64,000 nt of DNA from Kiritimatiellia bacterium (GTDB lineage: Bacteria > Verrucomicrobiota > Kiritimatiellia > RFP12 > UBA1067): contig JAZSOG010000052.1 of the NCBI GenBank assembly GCA_045536845.1, positions 8,932 through 72,931 on the forward strand, given 5' to 3'. This document shows, one piece after another, positions 48,396 to 57,079 of the stretch. Under the pieces are notes generated by a model. It did no database searches. It saw nothing but the letters and a program-made list of their open reading frames with translations, and was not told the origin of the DNA. The position numbers were made by a program, and so were the translations under genes. Every line of letters begins with the position of its first letter. Within the stretch, counting starts at the first letter, position 1.

Positions 48396-49066
48396 GGCGT
48401 GATCCGATAGCCGATTCCACGGATTGTCTCGACATGCCCCGCCCACTCTCCAAGCTTGCGGCGGAGTCCGACCATCAGCGTGTCGACGGTGCGGTCTGTA
48501 ACATCCTTCTCCTCTCGCTGGATGCGTGAGATGATCTGCTGCCGCGTATAGACGCGGCCTGGATGCGCGGACAGAATGTCCAACAGATCGAATTCGCTGC
48601 GCGTCAACGACAGTGCGGCGCCGTCTATGGATGCTGTCCGCGTGGTTTCGTCAAGGACGAGCGCTCCGAGCGTGCGGATTGGCCCTTTAGGTTGCGAGGA
48701 GCGGCGAAGCGCGGCCTTGACGCGGGCTACGAGAATCGCCTTTGAAAACGGTTTTGCGATATAGTCGTCCGCGCCAAGCTCCAGTCCGCGCACAACGTCT
48801 TCCTCGGCGGTGCGGGCCGTCAATATGACAATTGGCGTTCCGGACACGGATGAAGTCCGGCGTATGGCGCTGCACACGGACAGCCCGTCCATCCCCGGCA
48901 GCATCAAGTCGAGGATTACAAGAGCGGGCTTTTCCCTCTGGACGAGGGCAAGACCCTCCGTGCCATTCCCCGCTTCGCGTATCGAAGCGAACCCCGCGCC
49001 TTTGAGTGCGAGCCGGATTACAGTACGTATTCCCGGATCGTCTTCGATGAGAACTATTTTGTCCAT
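48392..49066 (-). CDS. OmpR/PhoB-family response regulator, copy 2
   Basis: LIEDD, ILDLMLPGMDG, RTVDTLMVGLRRKL, VETIRGIGY. Confidence 0.95.
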   Translation of the reverse strand: MDKIVLIEDDPGIRTVIRLALKGAGFASIREAGNGTEGLALVQREKPALVILDLMLPGMDGLSVCSAIRRTSSVSGTPIVILTARTAEEDVVRGLELGADDYIAKPFSKAILVARVKAALRRSSQPKGPIRTLGALVLDETTRTASIDGAALSLTRSEFDLLDILSAHPGRVYTRQQIISRIQREEKDVTDRTVDTLMVGLRRKLGEWAGHVETIRGIGYRITP

Positions 49067-49088
49067 GTCAGCGTATATTATCTCACAA

Positions 49089-49110
49089 AATTGTCAGAAT
49101 TGTGTGAGAA
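49089..49110 (-). promoter_or_regulatory. 11-bp tandem repeat upstream of response regulator copy 2
   Basis: Minus strand TTCTCACACAA TTCTGACAATT. Confidence 0.55.
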
Positions 49111-49259
49111 AGTCTGCTCGGGTGAAGCGTCGGCAGTGTTCTTTCAGGCGGAAAACCCGGTTTTGTCGAGGATTCTTCGGTCTCGCAATTGTTCGCTGCG
49201 AATGCCTATGGTATAATATCCTTAATGGGCACAGCGAATCCAGCCAGAGGAGGCAAGGC

Positions 49260-50066
49260 ATGAAATCACCGAAGGAAACCGCACTTGAGGAAAAGATCCT
49301 GCGTCAGCTCGCCGGGTACGCGTTCCCGGAGGCCTTGGCAAGGGTCCTGTTCTCGGACGAGGAGACGCAGCACATCCAGGAATACGCGAATGTAGTGTCG
49401 CTCCGCCGCCTCGGGTTCAACGACCATGGTCCCGTTCACATGAGACAGGTCGCCTACAACGCAATCAAGGCGCTCGTCATCCTTCACGGGGCGGGGGTGA
49501 AGACGACGCTCGAGGAAGACGGAGCCGGACGCTTCGAGGACAGTCTTGCGTCTGTTCTGCTCTCGGGATTCCTTCATGACCTCGGCATGTCCGTCGGAAG
49601 GGAATGCCATGAACGCACTTCGGCTATGCTCGCCCTGCCGATCATTGACCGCGTCCTGCTGACGCTGCTGCCGGACGACAAGCAGCGGCGCGTGGTCATC
49701 CGCTCGATGGCGCTGGAGGGGATTCTCGGACACATGGGTACGACGCGTATCCATTCGCTCGAGGCGGGACTCATACTGATCGGCGACGGCTGCGACATGA
49801 CGAAAGGCCGCGCGCGCATCTCGATGGCGCTTTCGGACCGGCCGCATGTCGGCGACATCCACAAATACTCGGCCAACGCCATTCTCCGCGTCAGGATCCT
49901 GCCGGGCGAAGAGAAGCCGATGCGGATCGACGTCGAGATGGATGCTGACGTCGGATTCTTCCAGGTCGAGGAAGTACTGATGCAGAAGCTGTCGATGAGC
50001 CCCGCGCAGTCGCTTGTCGAACTGTACGCCGGAGTCTCGGGCCTGGACCGCAAGCGTTATCTTTGA
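49260..50066 (+). CDS. HD-superfamily phosphohydrolase (COG3294-like)
   Basis: RRLGFNDHGPVH, FLHDLG, GDGCDMTKGRAR, GDIHKYSA; AGAGGAGG RBS. Confidence 0.85.
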   Translation: MKSPKETALEEKILRQLAGYAFPEALARVLFSDEETQHIQEYANVVSLRRLGFNDHGPVHMRQVAYNAIKALVILHGAGVKTTLEEDGAGRFEDSLASVLLSGFLHDLGMSVGRECHERTSAMLALPIIDRVLLTLLPDDKQRRVVIRSMALEGILGHMGTTRIHSLEAGLILIGDGCDMTKGRARISMALSDRPHVGDIHKYSANAILRVRILPGEEKPMRIDVEMDADVGFFQVEEVLMQKLSMSPAQSLVELYAGVSGLDRKRYL

Positions 50067-50145
50067 CCGAACATTCGCACGGAAATTTGATTTTTACGTA
50101 AAGATGGGGCGAGAACGCGAAACGCTGTCCGGGTCGGCGTCATGA

Positions 50146-50700
50146 TCATATCCTCCTGCCGAGATCGAAGGCCGCCTTCATGAACTTCGTCTTCTTCACG
50201 GCTCCGGGTTCGTAGACGCCTCCGGCCTTGAGGAAGCCCTTGATCTTCGCGCCCTCGAAGCAGTCGACGAAGCCCTGCAGCGGCGCCTTCACGAGATCCC
50301 AGTCCATGTTTTCGGCCATCGTCGCGACGAGATAGTACGGCTTGCCGTTCGGCTCCGGCCACTTCGCGACGCAGCGGTCGAAGAGCGCCTTGAGCTGCCC
50401 GGCGATCGAGAAGTAGTAGACGGGCGTACCGAACACGACGGCGTCCGCCTTGCATATCTTCTCGACGATTGCGTTGGCGTCGTCCTTGATGACGCACTTG
50501 CCGAGCTTCTGGCAGGCATAGCAGCCGGTGCAGAACCCGATCTTCCTGCCATTAAGCCGGATGACCTCGGCCTTGTTGCCCGCGGCCTTCACGCCCTTGG
50601 CGACCTCCTGGCAGAGCGCGTGGGAGTTGGAGTTCGGACGGAACGACGCCGAGATGATCAGCACGTTCTTGGTTTTCTTAATTGTCTTCTTGGTGGACAT
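50146..50700 (-). CDS. Flavodoxin-fold NAD(P)H-dependent FMN reductase / iron-sulfur flavoprotein
   Basis: SASFRPNSNS, CTGCYACQKLGKC, FGTPVYY..GQLKALFDR. Confidence 0.9.
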   Translation of the reverse strand: MSTKKTIKKTKNVLIISASFRPNSNSHALCQEVAKGVKAAGNKAEVIRLNGRKIGFCTGCYACQKLGKCVIKDDANAIVEKICKADAVVFGTPVYYFSIAGQLKALFDRCVAKWPEPNGKPYYLVATMAENMDWDLVKAPLQGFVDCFEGAKIKGFLKAGGVYEPGAVKKTKFMKAAFDLGRRI

Positions 50701-50720
50701 TGCTAACTCTCCGTTGGGTT

Positions 50721-51329
50721 TTAGAATCGGTGCGCTGCCGCGCATTGCCCTAATATTATATCATTTCCCTGTTCTTTTATGACCTTCGCGGGGACTCCAG
50801 CGACGACCGTGCGCGGCGGAACGTCCTTCGTCACGACTGCGCCTGCGCCGACGATTGCACCTTCGCCGATTGTCACACCAGGACAGATCGTCACTCGTGC
50901 ACCGAGCCATACCGTGTCGCAGATTTTGACCGGCTTCGGAATCATCCCGCCGCGCTTTTCGGGATCGGGGTCGTGGTTCAGCGTCGCGATGATCGTCTGC
51001 GGACCGATCAGCACATCGTCGCCGATTGTGATGCCTCCTTGGTCCTGAAACTGGCAGCCAGCGTTGATGAACACGCGCTTCCCGATTCTGGTGTTCTTCC
51101 CGCAGTCGGTGTGGAAGGGCGGGAACATGGCGAATGACTCGTCGATCTCGCTCGCCGTCAGCTTTGACATCAACGCGCGCACTTCCTCGGGCGTGTGATA
51201 CGTGCCGTTCAGCTCGGCCGTAATCTTGAGCGCCTCCTGCGAGAAAGCGTGAAACGCCTTGTGCAGTTTGCTTCCCGCTGGGATGTATTTCGTCTCGGCC
51301 ATCGCCTTTCTGAATTCTTCAACTGTCAT
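50721..51329 (-). CDS. Sugar O-acetyltransferase (hexapeptide repeat, Maa/LacA family)
   Basis: PPFHTDCGKN, VWLGARVTICPGVTIGEGAIVGAGAVVTKDV. Confidence 0.92.
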   Translation of the reverse strand: MTVEEFRKAMAETKYIPAGSKLHKAFHAFSQEALKITAELNGTYHTPEEVRALMSKLTASEIDESFAMFPPFHTDCGKNTRIGKRVFINAGCQFQDQGGITIGDDVLIGPQTIIATLNHDPDPEKRGGMIPKPVKICDTVWLGARVTICPGVTIGEGAIVGAGAVVTKDVPPRTVVAGVPAKVIKEQGNDIILGQCAAAHRF

Positions 51330-52423
51330 TTTAGGTTCTTCCTGTAGAACGCCTCGATACGGTCAAAGGGAATGGCGTCCTTTCCGCCGCCGTCGTAGAG
51401 GTCGCAGTGGCTCGCGCCGGGGACGATGACGAGTTCCTTGTTGTCGCCCCTGAGCATCTTGTAGGCAGTTTCGCCGAAGTAGCGGCTATGAGCTTTCTCG
51501 CCATGCAACACCATGACAGCGCTCTCGATCTCGCCCGCGTAGGCGAGCAGCTTTGCGTTGAGGAACGAAAGAAAACACGTCTTGTTCCAGCCGTCCGTCG
51601 AATTGAGTGAGCGCGTATGGAAGCCACGTGGCGTCTTGTAGTAGGCGTGGTAGTCCTTGACGAACTGCGGCGCGTCGGCGGGAAGTGGATCAACCACACC
51701 GCCGCCGCGCTCGGGCTTGCCAGTCTTGAAATCGACAATGCGTTGGGCGTTCATCGCCTCGCGCTTCTCCTTGCGCTTGGCCGCTGAATCCTCCGCGTCG
51801 TTGTAGCCATTCGCCGTGACGCGCGTCATGTCGTACATCGTCGAGGCGACCGTCGCCTTGACGCGAGTGTCGATTGCGGCGGCATTGATGGCGAGTCCAC
51901 CCCAGCCGCAGATGCCAAGGATGCCGATCTTCTCCGCGTCCACATCATCGCGGGAGATGAGATAATCGACCGCCGCCTGGAAGTCCTCCGTGTTGATGTC
52001 CGGTGAGGCGACATAGCGCGGCTCGCCTCCCGATTCGCCCGTGAAGGACGGATCGAAGGCGATGGTCAGGAAGCCGCGTTCCGCGAGCGTCTGGGCGTAG
52101 AGCCCTGACGACTGCTCCTTCACTGCGCCGAACGGACCCGAGACCGCAATCGCCGCAAATTTCGGCGTGCGCGGCGCGCCCGCCCTACCGTTACCTGTTC
52201 CCCATTCCCCGTTCCCCACCTTCGGCTTATACACGTCCGCCGTGAGCGTGATCCCGAAACGGTTTTTGAATGTCGCCTTTGCGTGTTCTACCTTCTCGGA
52301 CTTCGGGAACGTCTTGTCCCACTCCTCTGCGAGCGGGAGGGACACGCTTGTCGCGTCCGCCGTGCAGACGCCGCCCGCGACCAATGTCGCGATTGCAAGT
52401 TCTTTCATCATTTCATTCTCCAT
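51326..52423 (-). CDS. Secreted alpha/beta hydrolase (YcjY/dienelactone-hydrolase-like)
   Basis: SGPFGAVKEQSSGLYA, FDPSFTGESGG, GICGWGG Cys nucleophile elbow, GASHCDLYD. Confidence 0.9.
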   Translation of the reverse strand: MENEMMKELAIATLVAGGVCTADATSVSLPLAEEWDKTFPKSEKVEHAKATFKNRFGITLTADVYKPKVGNGEWGTGNGRAGAPRTPKFAAIAVSGPFGAVKEQSSGLYAQTLAERGFLTIAFDPSFTGESGGEPRYVASPDINTEDFQAAVDYLISRDDVDAEKIGILGICGWGGLAINAAAIDTRVKATVASTMYDMTRVTANGYNDAEDSAAKRKEKREAMNAQRIVDFKTGKPERGGGVVDPLPADAPQFVKDYHAYYKTPRGFHTRSLNSTDGWNKTCFLSFLNAKLLAYAGEIESAVMVLHGEKAHSRYFGETAYKMLRGDNKELVIVPGASHCDLYDGGGKDAIPFDRIEAFYRKNLK

Positions 52424-52517
52424 TTTGATTGTGTTGTCCTGTTGCGGTGAAAAAGAAAACACGGGCATTATACTGTATTGGGCTAACAATAACAAATACA
52501 GATTTCGTATCGGATGC

Positions 52518-52534
52518 CATAATTGATGATTATG
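52518..52534. promoter_or_regulatory. LysR-type box upstream of the hydrolase operon
   Basis: CATAA-TTGATGA-TTATG (T-N11-A dyad). Confidence 0.6.
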
Positions 52535-52667
52535 ATAGCGACAATTCCGCCGCGTCAAAGCGTCTTATCGTGCAATGCTCGAAAACCCGATACTCAAACC
52601 GTCGCCCGAATGGTCGGCGGCAGAGGCCGTCTGTATGGCGCATTCTGAATACTATGCGACAGGCAAC

Positions 52668-53597
52668 TCACCGCCACCCACCTTCACATTCAAGATTGGT
52701 GTCGTTTGGCTTTGGATTGAATGCCGTACGCATATTGAGTCGGATGCCATATTCCGACTTCTCGAAGATCAAGCCGTAATTGGCCGACACGAGTTCGCCC
52801 TTGTCATTTACCTTCGTTCGTGTCCTAAAAACCATGTACTTGTTTCTGGGCATTTCGACGTTGCGCTCAACATTACCAGTCTTGCGGTCGTAAACATATT
52901 CAAGGGATTTCAGATAAACTGCATTCGTATCTGCGCTATAGCATCTATTCATCTTGCTGAAATCATCCGTCGGCACAAGATACACGCCGTCAAGACAGTT
53001 AGTCATCGTAACATCAAGATGCGAATATACCTGAAACCAGTTTGTAGGAGAACGCCAGAAATCATACTTGATCTGCAAATCATCATACTTGCCATTTCCG
53101 TATGGCGGACACCACTCAAACTGCTTTAGGTCAAGACCCATGACAACATTTGTAGCCGGATATTTAAGTTCTTGAAACGCTCCGCCATTAAGAATCAACT
53201 TGGCAGGATGGCGTTTCTTTTTTAGCGTCGCCGTCGTTTCAACAGTTCCTTCAGACCACTTGCGCAGACGCTCCGCATCTTTGTCTGGTAGCACTCTGAA
53301 ACTTGGGTCTATCTTTGTTTCGTAGTAGCCGTCCTTGCGAATCCACGCATGAGCCTCGCCTATGCAAAGACCGCTGGCAGCAAAACAGCCCTCCGCGTCA
53401 GTTTTGCCGCGCTTTACATCAACCTTCTGCGGTGCCGTGTAGAACGTCACAGAAATCGCCGCATCCGACACGGCTTTGCCCAGATCATCAACGACTTTGA
53501 TTTTGACATCCGCCAACGCGCCGTCAATTATGGGGCTATATGCAGCAACAGAATGAACAACGCCAACTGCCGCGAAAAGACAAGCAAATAATTTCAT
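52668..53597 (-). CDS. Secreted protein with carboxypeptidase-regulatory-like N-domain; candidate immunity partner
   Basis: Signal peptide, VKIKVVDDLGKAVSDAAI..GKTDAEG, KDGYYET, C-terminal FNPKPNDTNLE; ATGA coupling to the upstream gene. Confidence 0.65.
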   Translation of the reverse strand: MKLFACLFAAVGVVHSVAAYSPIIDGALADVKIKVVDDLGKAVSDAAISVTFYTAPQKVDVKRGKTDAEGCFAASGLCIGEAHAWIRKDGYYETKIDPSFRVLPDKDAERLRKWSEGTVETTATLKKKRHPAKLILNGGAFQELKYPATNVVMGLDLKQFEWCPPYGNGKYDDLQIKYDFWRSPTNWFQVYSHLDVTMTNCLDGVYLVPTDDFSKMNRCYSADTNAVYLKSLEYVYDRKTGNVERNVEMPRNKYMVFRTRTKVNDKGELVSANYGLIFEKSEYGIRLNMRTAFNPKPNDTNLECEGGWR

Positions 53598-54790
53598 TGG
53601 TTCAACCCTCCAACTTCGACAATCTTCTGAAAGACCGGATGCACGAAGAAATATGCAACGTTCTTTATGTCCGAATGAAGAAACCGCCCGCCCAACTGCC
53701 CGTCATCAGGGCGCGGCCACGTGTTAGCCATATACAGAGGTGCATTCATGTCGATAGACTCCATTATATCCTCCCTGAACCTTGTCCGCCCCGTCGGCGG
53801 TGAAAGTGCCGGGGTGCCTTGCGTAAGATGAGAGTCGATTTCAAGGCGTGTGGCAACTGCGTTCGTGATTGAGATCGGAAAGGGATCGAACACCGTGTTT
53901 GTGTTAAACACGGAAAGATCGGTCACGGCATTTGCATCATCCTCGCTCCAAACCCTTGCTCCAAGCAAATTGCTCTTGAAGCCCCAGCCAGACCACACCG
54001 TCGTACCGATGAAACCTAAAAGAGATTTGCGACCTTTGTAGAGTTCCTGTTTGTGCCACGAATAGCGTTCGCCCCAGTTGCCAGACGGACTGAATCCGTT
54101 ATACCACGATGGATTGTGCGCATCCGTGTACAGTTCCAAAACCTCGTCGCCGGACGAGTAGAAGTTTACCGCGACAGGCACGACAGCGGCGAATCTGCCG
54201 CGCCACGTCAAGGCGTTTCGCGCGTCGCCGGAAGCGAAAAGCTTATGCCATTCCGACGTCCAACAGGCATTCGTGTAGCCCGTCCATTCGCCATGCACAA
54301 GCCTATTTGTCGGCGATGTGTCAGCAAGCGATGGGTCAAACGCCTCAGACGGGATGGCAGAATTGAGCATAATGAGCTTTTCGACCTGCATCCCGTAGTC
54401 CTGAATCGCGGCTGCGGCAACCATCGTGCCGAGACTGTGGGCAATGACAACGCGGCGTCCGGGGATGCTGTTTATATACGGCGCAAGACGAGAGGCTGTC
54501 ACAAAGGCATTGGAGGCGTTGACCTGATAGTTGTATGACGGCCCGATATCGGACTCCCACGCTATCGGGTAGAACTCCATGTTCGCCCCGGCCTGCCACA
54601 GTCGCTTGAACATCTCAGACGCCCATGCACGGGCATTCTGCTCGCTTACGTTCGCCCCGTGGATGAAAAAGACATTTGCCTTTTCCGCACTGGCGGCAAG
54701 CGGCGGCAAAATTGCCGCGAACGCGAGAAGGGATCCCGCGAGGCGGCGGCAAATCTGCCGCGATAGGTGCTTGTGGCGATATTGTCGCAT
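53594..54790 (-). CDS. Secreted alpha/beta hydrolase (lipase/esterase fold, DUF900-like); candidate toxin domain
   Basis: Signal peptide, FIHGANV, IAHSLG nucleophile elbow, C-terminal LHSD. Confidence 0.75.
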   Translation of the reverse strand: MRQYRHKHLSRQICRRLAGSLLAFAAILPPLAASAEKANVFFIHGANVSEQNARAWASEMFKRLWQAGANMEFYPIAWESDIGPSYNYQVNASNAFVTASRLAPYINSIPGRRVVIAHSLGTMVAAAAIQDYGMQVEKLIMLNSAIPSEAFDPSLADTSPTNRLVHGEWTGYTNACWTSEWHKLFASGDARNALTWRGRFAAVVPVAVNFYSSGDEVLELYTDAHNPSWYNGFSPSGNWGERYSWHKQELYKGRKSLLGFIGTTVWSGWGFKSNLLGARVWSEDDANAVTDLSVFNTNTVFDPFPISITNAVATRLEIDSHLTQGTPALSPPTGRTRFREDIMESIDMNAPLYMANTWPRPDDGQLGGRFLHSDIKNVAYFFVHPVFQKIVEVGGLNQ

Positions 54791-54985
54791 TTCTGGATGG
54801 CATCAATTATACCAAAATCTGACTGTTTATAGTACGGCGGTTTGCTTTCAAATTTGACGCTATGCGAGATAAATGGGCGTTTTGCCGCACAAAATAGAAC
54901 ATAGGGCGTAGCACTTTTGTCTGGCCTGCTCATCTGATGCGATGGGCTGGACAACGCAGCGCGGCACTTCAGAAGTCAAGCGACG

Positions 54986-55008
54986 AGGCATAATTTACAC
55001 TTATGCCT
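54986..55008. promoter_or_regulatory. LysR-type autoregulatory box
   Basis: Perfect inverted repeat AGGCATAA-tttacac-TTATGCCT just upstream of the lysR -10. Confidence 0.75.
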
Positions 55009-55029
55009 TAATGTGGTATATTATGCGGC

Positions 55030-55920
55030 ATGGACTTGCGAATACTCAGGTATTTTCTTGCCGTGGCGGACGAGGGGAACATCACCCGCGCCGCCGAACG
55101 GCTGCACGTTTCGCAGCCTGCGCTCTCCACGCAGCTTGCCGCGCTGGAGGACGAACTTGGGCATAAGCTCTTCGAGCGTGGCGCTCGCGGAATAGAGCTC
55201 ACGGAGAAAGGCATCGCGCTCAAACGCCGCGCCGACGACCTCGTTGATCTCGCCGAGCGCATCGAGGCCGAGATCAAGGCGTCCGACACGGACGAAATCG
55301 TCGGCACGGTCTCCATCGGCGCGGGCGAGACTCCGGCATTCCGCTTTGTCGCCCGCGCTGCGGAAGAACTCCGCCGCAGGAATCCGAAACTGCAATTCTC
55401 CGTGTCGTCCGGCAACGGCGAGGACATCGTTGCCCACTTGCGCGAGGGGACCTTTGACCTTGGCGTGCTTGTCGGCCCCGGACGCTACGACGGCTTCGAC
55501 TACCTGACGCTGCCCTACACGCATCACTGGGGACTTGCCATCAAAAAGGATTCGCCGCTTGCCGCGAAGAAGCGCATCTCGCCGAAGGATGCGAGAGGGA
55601 TTCCGCTCATCTGTTCGCGTCAGGCGATGGTGAAGGAGTTTCTCGCCGGATGGTTCGGCTGTCCGTTCGGGAAGCTGAACGTGGTCGCCAACTACAATCT
55701 CATCTACAACGCGGCCGTTTTCGTCGAGGCGGGGCTGGGCGCGGCAATCTGCATTGACGGCATGATCCCGCAGGAATTCTCCGGGAGCGTCGTGTTCCGT
55801 CCGTTCGCGCCCGCGCTCGTCAGCGACGTCTATCTCGCATGGCGCAAGAACTCCGCGCTCTCGCCTACCGCATCTGCACTCGTCGATGCCGTCAGATGTC
55901 AGCAGAAAATGGTTTGCTAA
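55030..55920 (+). CDS. LysR-family transcriptional regulator
   Basis: LRYFLAVADEGNITRAAERLHVSQPALSTQL. Confidence 0.97.
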   Translation: MDLRILRYFLAVADEGNITRAAERLHVSQPALSTQLAALEDELGHKLFERGARGIELTEKGIALKRRADDLVDLAERIEAEIKASDTDEIVGTVSIGAGETPAFRFVARAAEELRRRNPKLQFSVSSGNGEDIVAHLREGTFDLGVLVGPGRYDGFDYLTLPYTHHWGLAIKKDSPLAAKKRISPKDARGIPLICSRQAMVKEFLAGWFGCPFGKLNVVANYNLIYNAAVFVEAGLGAAICIDGMIPQEFSGSVVFRPFAPALVSDVYLAWRKNSALSPTASALVDAVRCQQKMVC

Positions 55921-56597
55921 AATGTGGCGGAGAGAGTGAGGTATAATCCCACAACAAGGCAGATGACGGCGGTGATGCGTTTCGACCACCGCTCGAATGC
56001 TGCAAGCGCGTCGAGCATCCTTGCCGTGCGGCTGGAGGCGAATGCGATTGTGAACGCGACTGCGAGGACGGGCAGAACTGACGCGACGCCGAATGCGCCG
56101 GAGAGCAGCACCGGCGCGTCTCGTTCGACTGCAAGAGGGAGAAGTCCCCCGAAGAAGAGCGCGGCGGACGACGGGCAGAACGCCATCGTCAGGACGACTC
56201 CAAGCGCAAACGTACCGGCCAAACCGCTTGCAGAGAGCCGGGCGCGAAGCCGGGCGAGTCTGCCGGAATTCGGCAGGGACGGCAGCGGCACGAGGTCGAG
56301 GAGAACCGCGCCCACGACGATGAGGATCGGCCCCACGAGGACGCTCATGTGCTTTTGCAGCGCGTGGGAGAGCGTCGGCGCGGAGGCGAGTCCGGCGGCG
56401 AGCGCGGCGGCGATTGCGACGTAGGCGAGGACGCGCCCCAGCGCGTAGGCGAGGCCGTTCCACGCGACATGGCGCGGATTCGCCGCGTTGCGGGCGATGA
56501 CGCCCACGGCGGCGACGTTCGCTGCGAGCGGACACGGGCTGACGGCGCACAGGAGGCCCAGCCACGATGCGGAAAGGATTGCAAGGACGGTCTGCAC
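55917..56597 (-). CDS. arsG: ArsG-family (DsbD_2-like) membrane protein
   Basis: AVSPCPLAANVAAV, AFCPSSAALFFG; position in the ars cluster. Confidence 0.75.
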   Translation of the reverse strand: MQTVLAILSASWLGLLCAVSPCPLAANVAAVGVIARNAANPRHVAWNGLAYALGRVLAYVAIAAALAAGLASAPTLSHALQKHMSVLVGPILIVVGAVLLDLVPLPSLPNSGRLARLRARLSASGLAGTFALGVVLTMAFCPSSAALFFGGLLPLAVERDAPVLLSGAFGVASVLPVLAVAFTIAFASSRTARMLDALAAFERWSKRITAVICLVVGLYLTLSATF

Positions 56598-56599
56598 GG

Positions 56600-57079
56600 C
56601 TACTCCTTTGCGGCGGCGAAGTCCGCGATGCTCCTGGCGACGTAGTCCTTGAACGCCGCCTCGTCATGCGCGAGCGACCAGCACTTGTCGAGGACGGCAA
56701 ATCTGGTGCCGTCCCGAAGGACGATCGTGCGCATCGTGAGGCCGAAGTCCGCGACGTAGTGTTCGTTTGCCGGCTCGTCGAGGTTGACGGCCTTGATTTC
56801 TACTGACGGGATGTTACCGGCCACCTCGCGCACCATCTGCTCCATGCGGTTGCACGTCATGCACCGCTGGCGTCCGTGGAAGTAGAACACCGTCAGCTTC
56901 CGGGATTCGCCTGGAGCTTCGGCTTCCGCCTTTGGAGGCGGCGCCTCGCTCGCGGTGTTGAACGCGCGCAGGGCGGCAATTGCCGCGAACGCGACAAGCG
57001 CGAGGCCGACGAGCCGCTTCCATGCGGGCTTTTTCTGCTTGCACTTGCAGGGGCAGCAGGGAGTTTCTTCGTTAGTCAT
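56600..57079 (-). CDS. arsF: ArsF-family thioredoxin-fold protein
   Basis: One TM, VFYFHGRQRCMTC; directly upstream of the arsG-like gene. Confidence 0.7.
   Translation of the reverse strand: MTNEETPCCPCKCKQKKPAWKRLVGLALVAFAAIAALRAFNTASEAPPPKAEAEAPGESRKLTVFYFHGRQRCMTCNRMEQMVREVAGNIPSVEIKAVNLDEPANEHYVADFGLTMRTIVLRDGTRFAVLDKCWSLAHDEAAFKDYVARSIADFAAAKE

Noticed and set aside
52575-53129. 184-aa plus-strand ORF overlapping the candidate immunity gene
   Set aside because: Antisense to a gene with a signal peptide and translational coupling; no motifs
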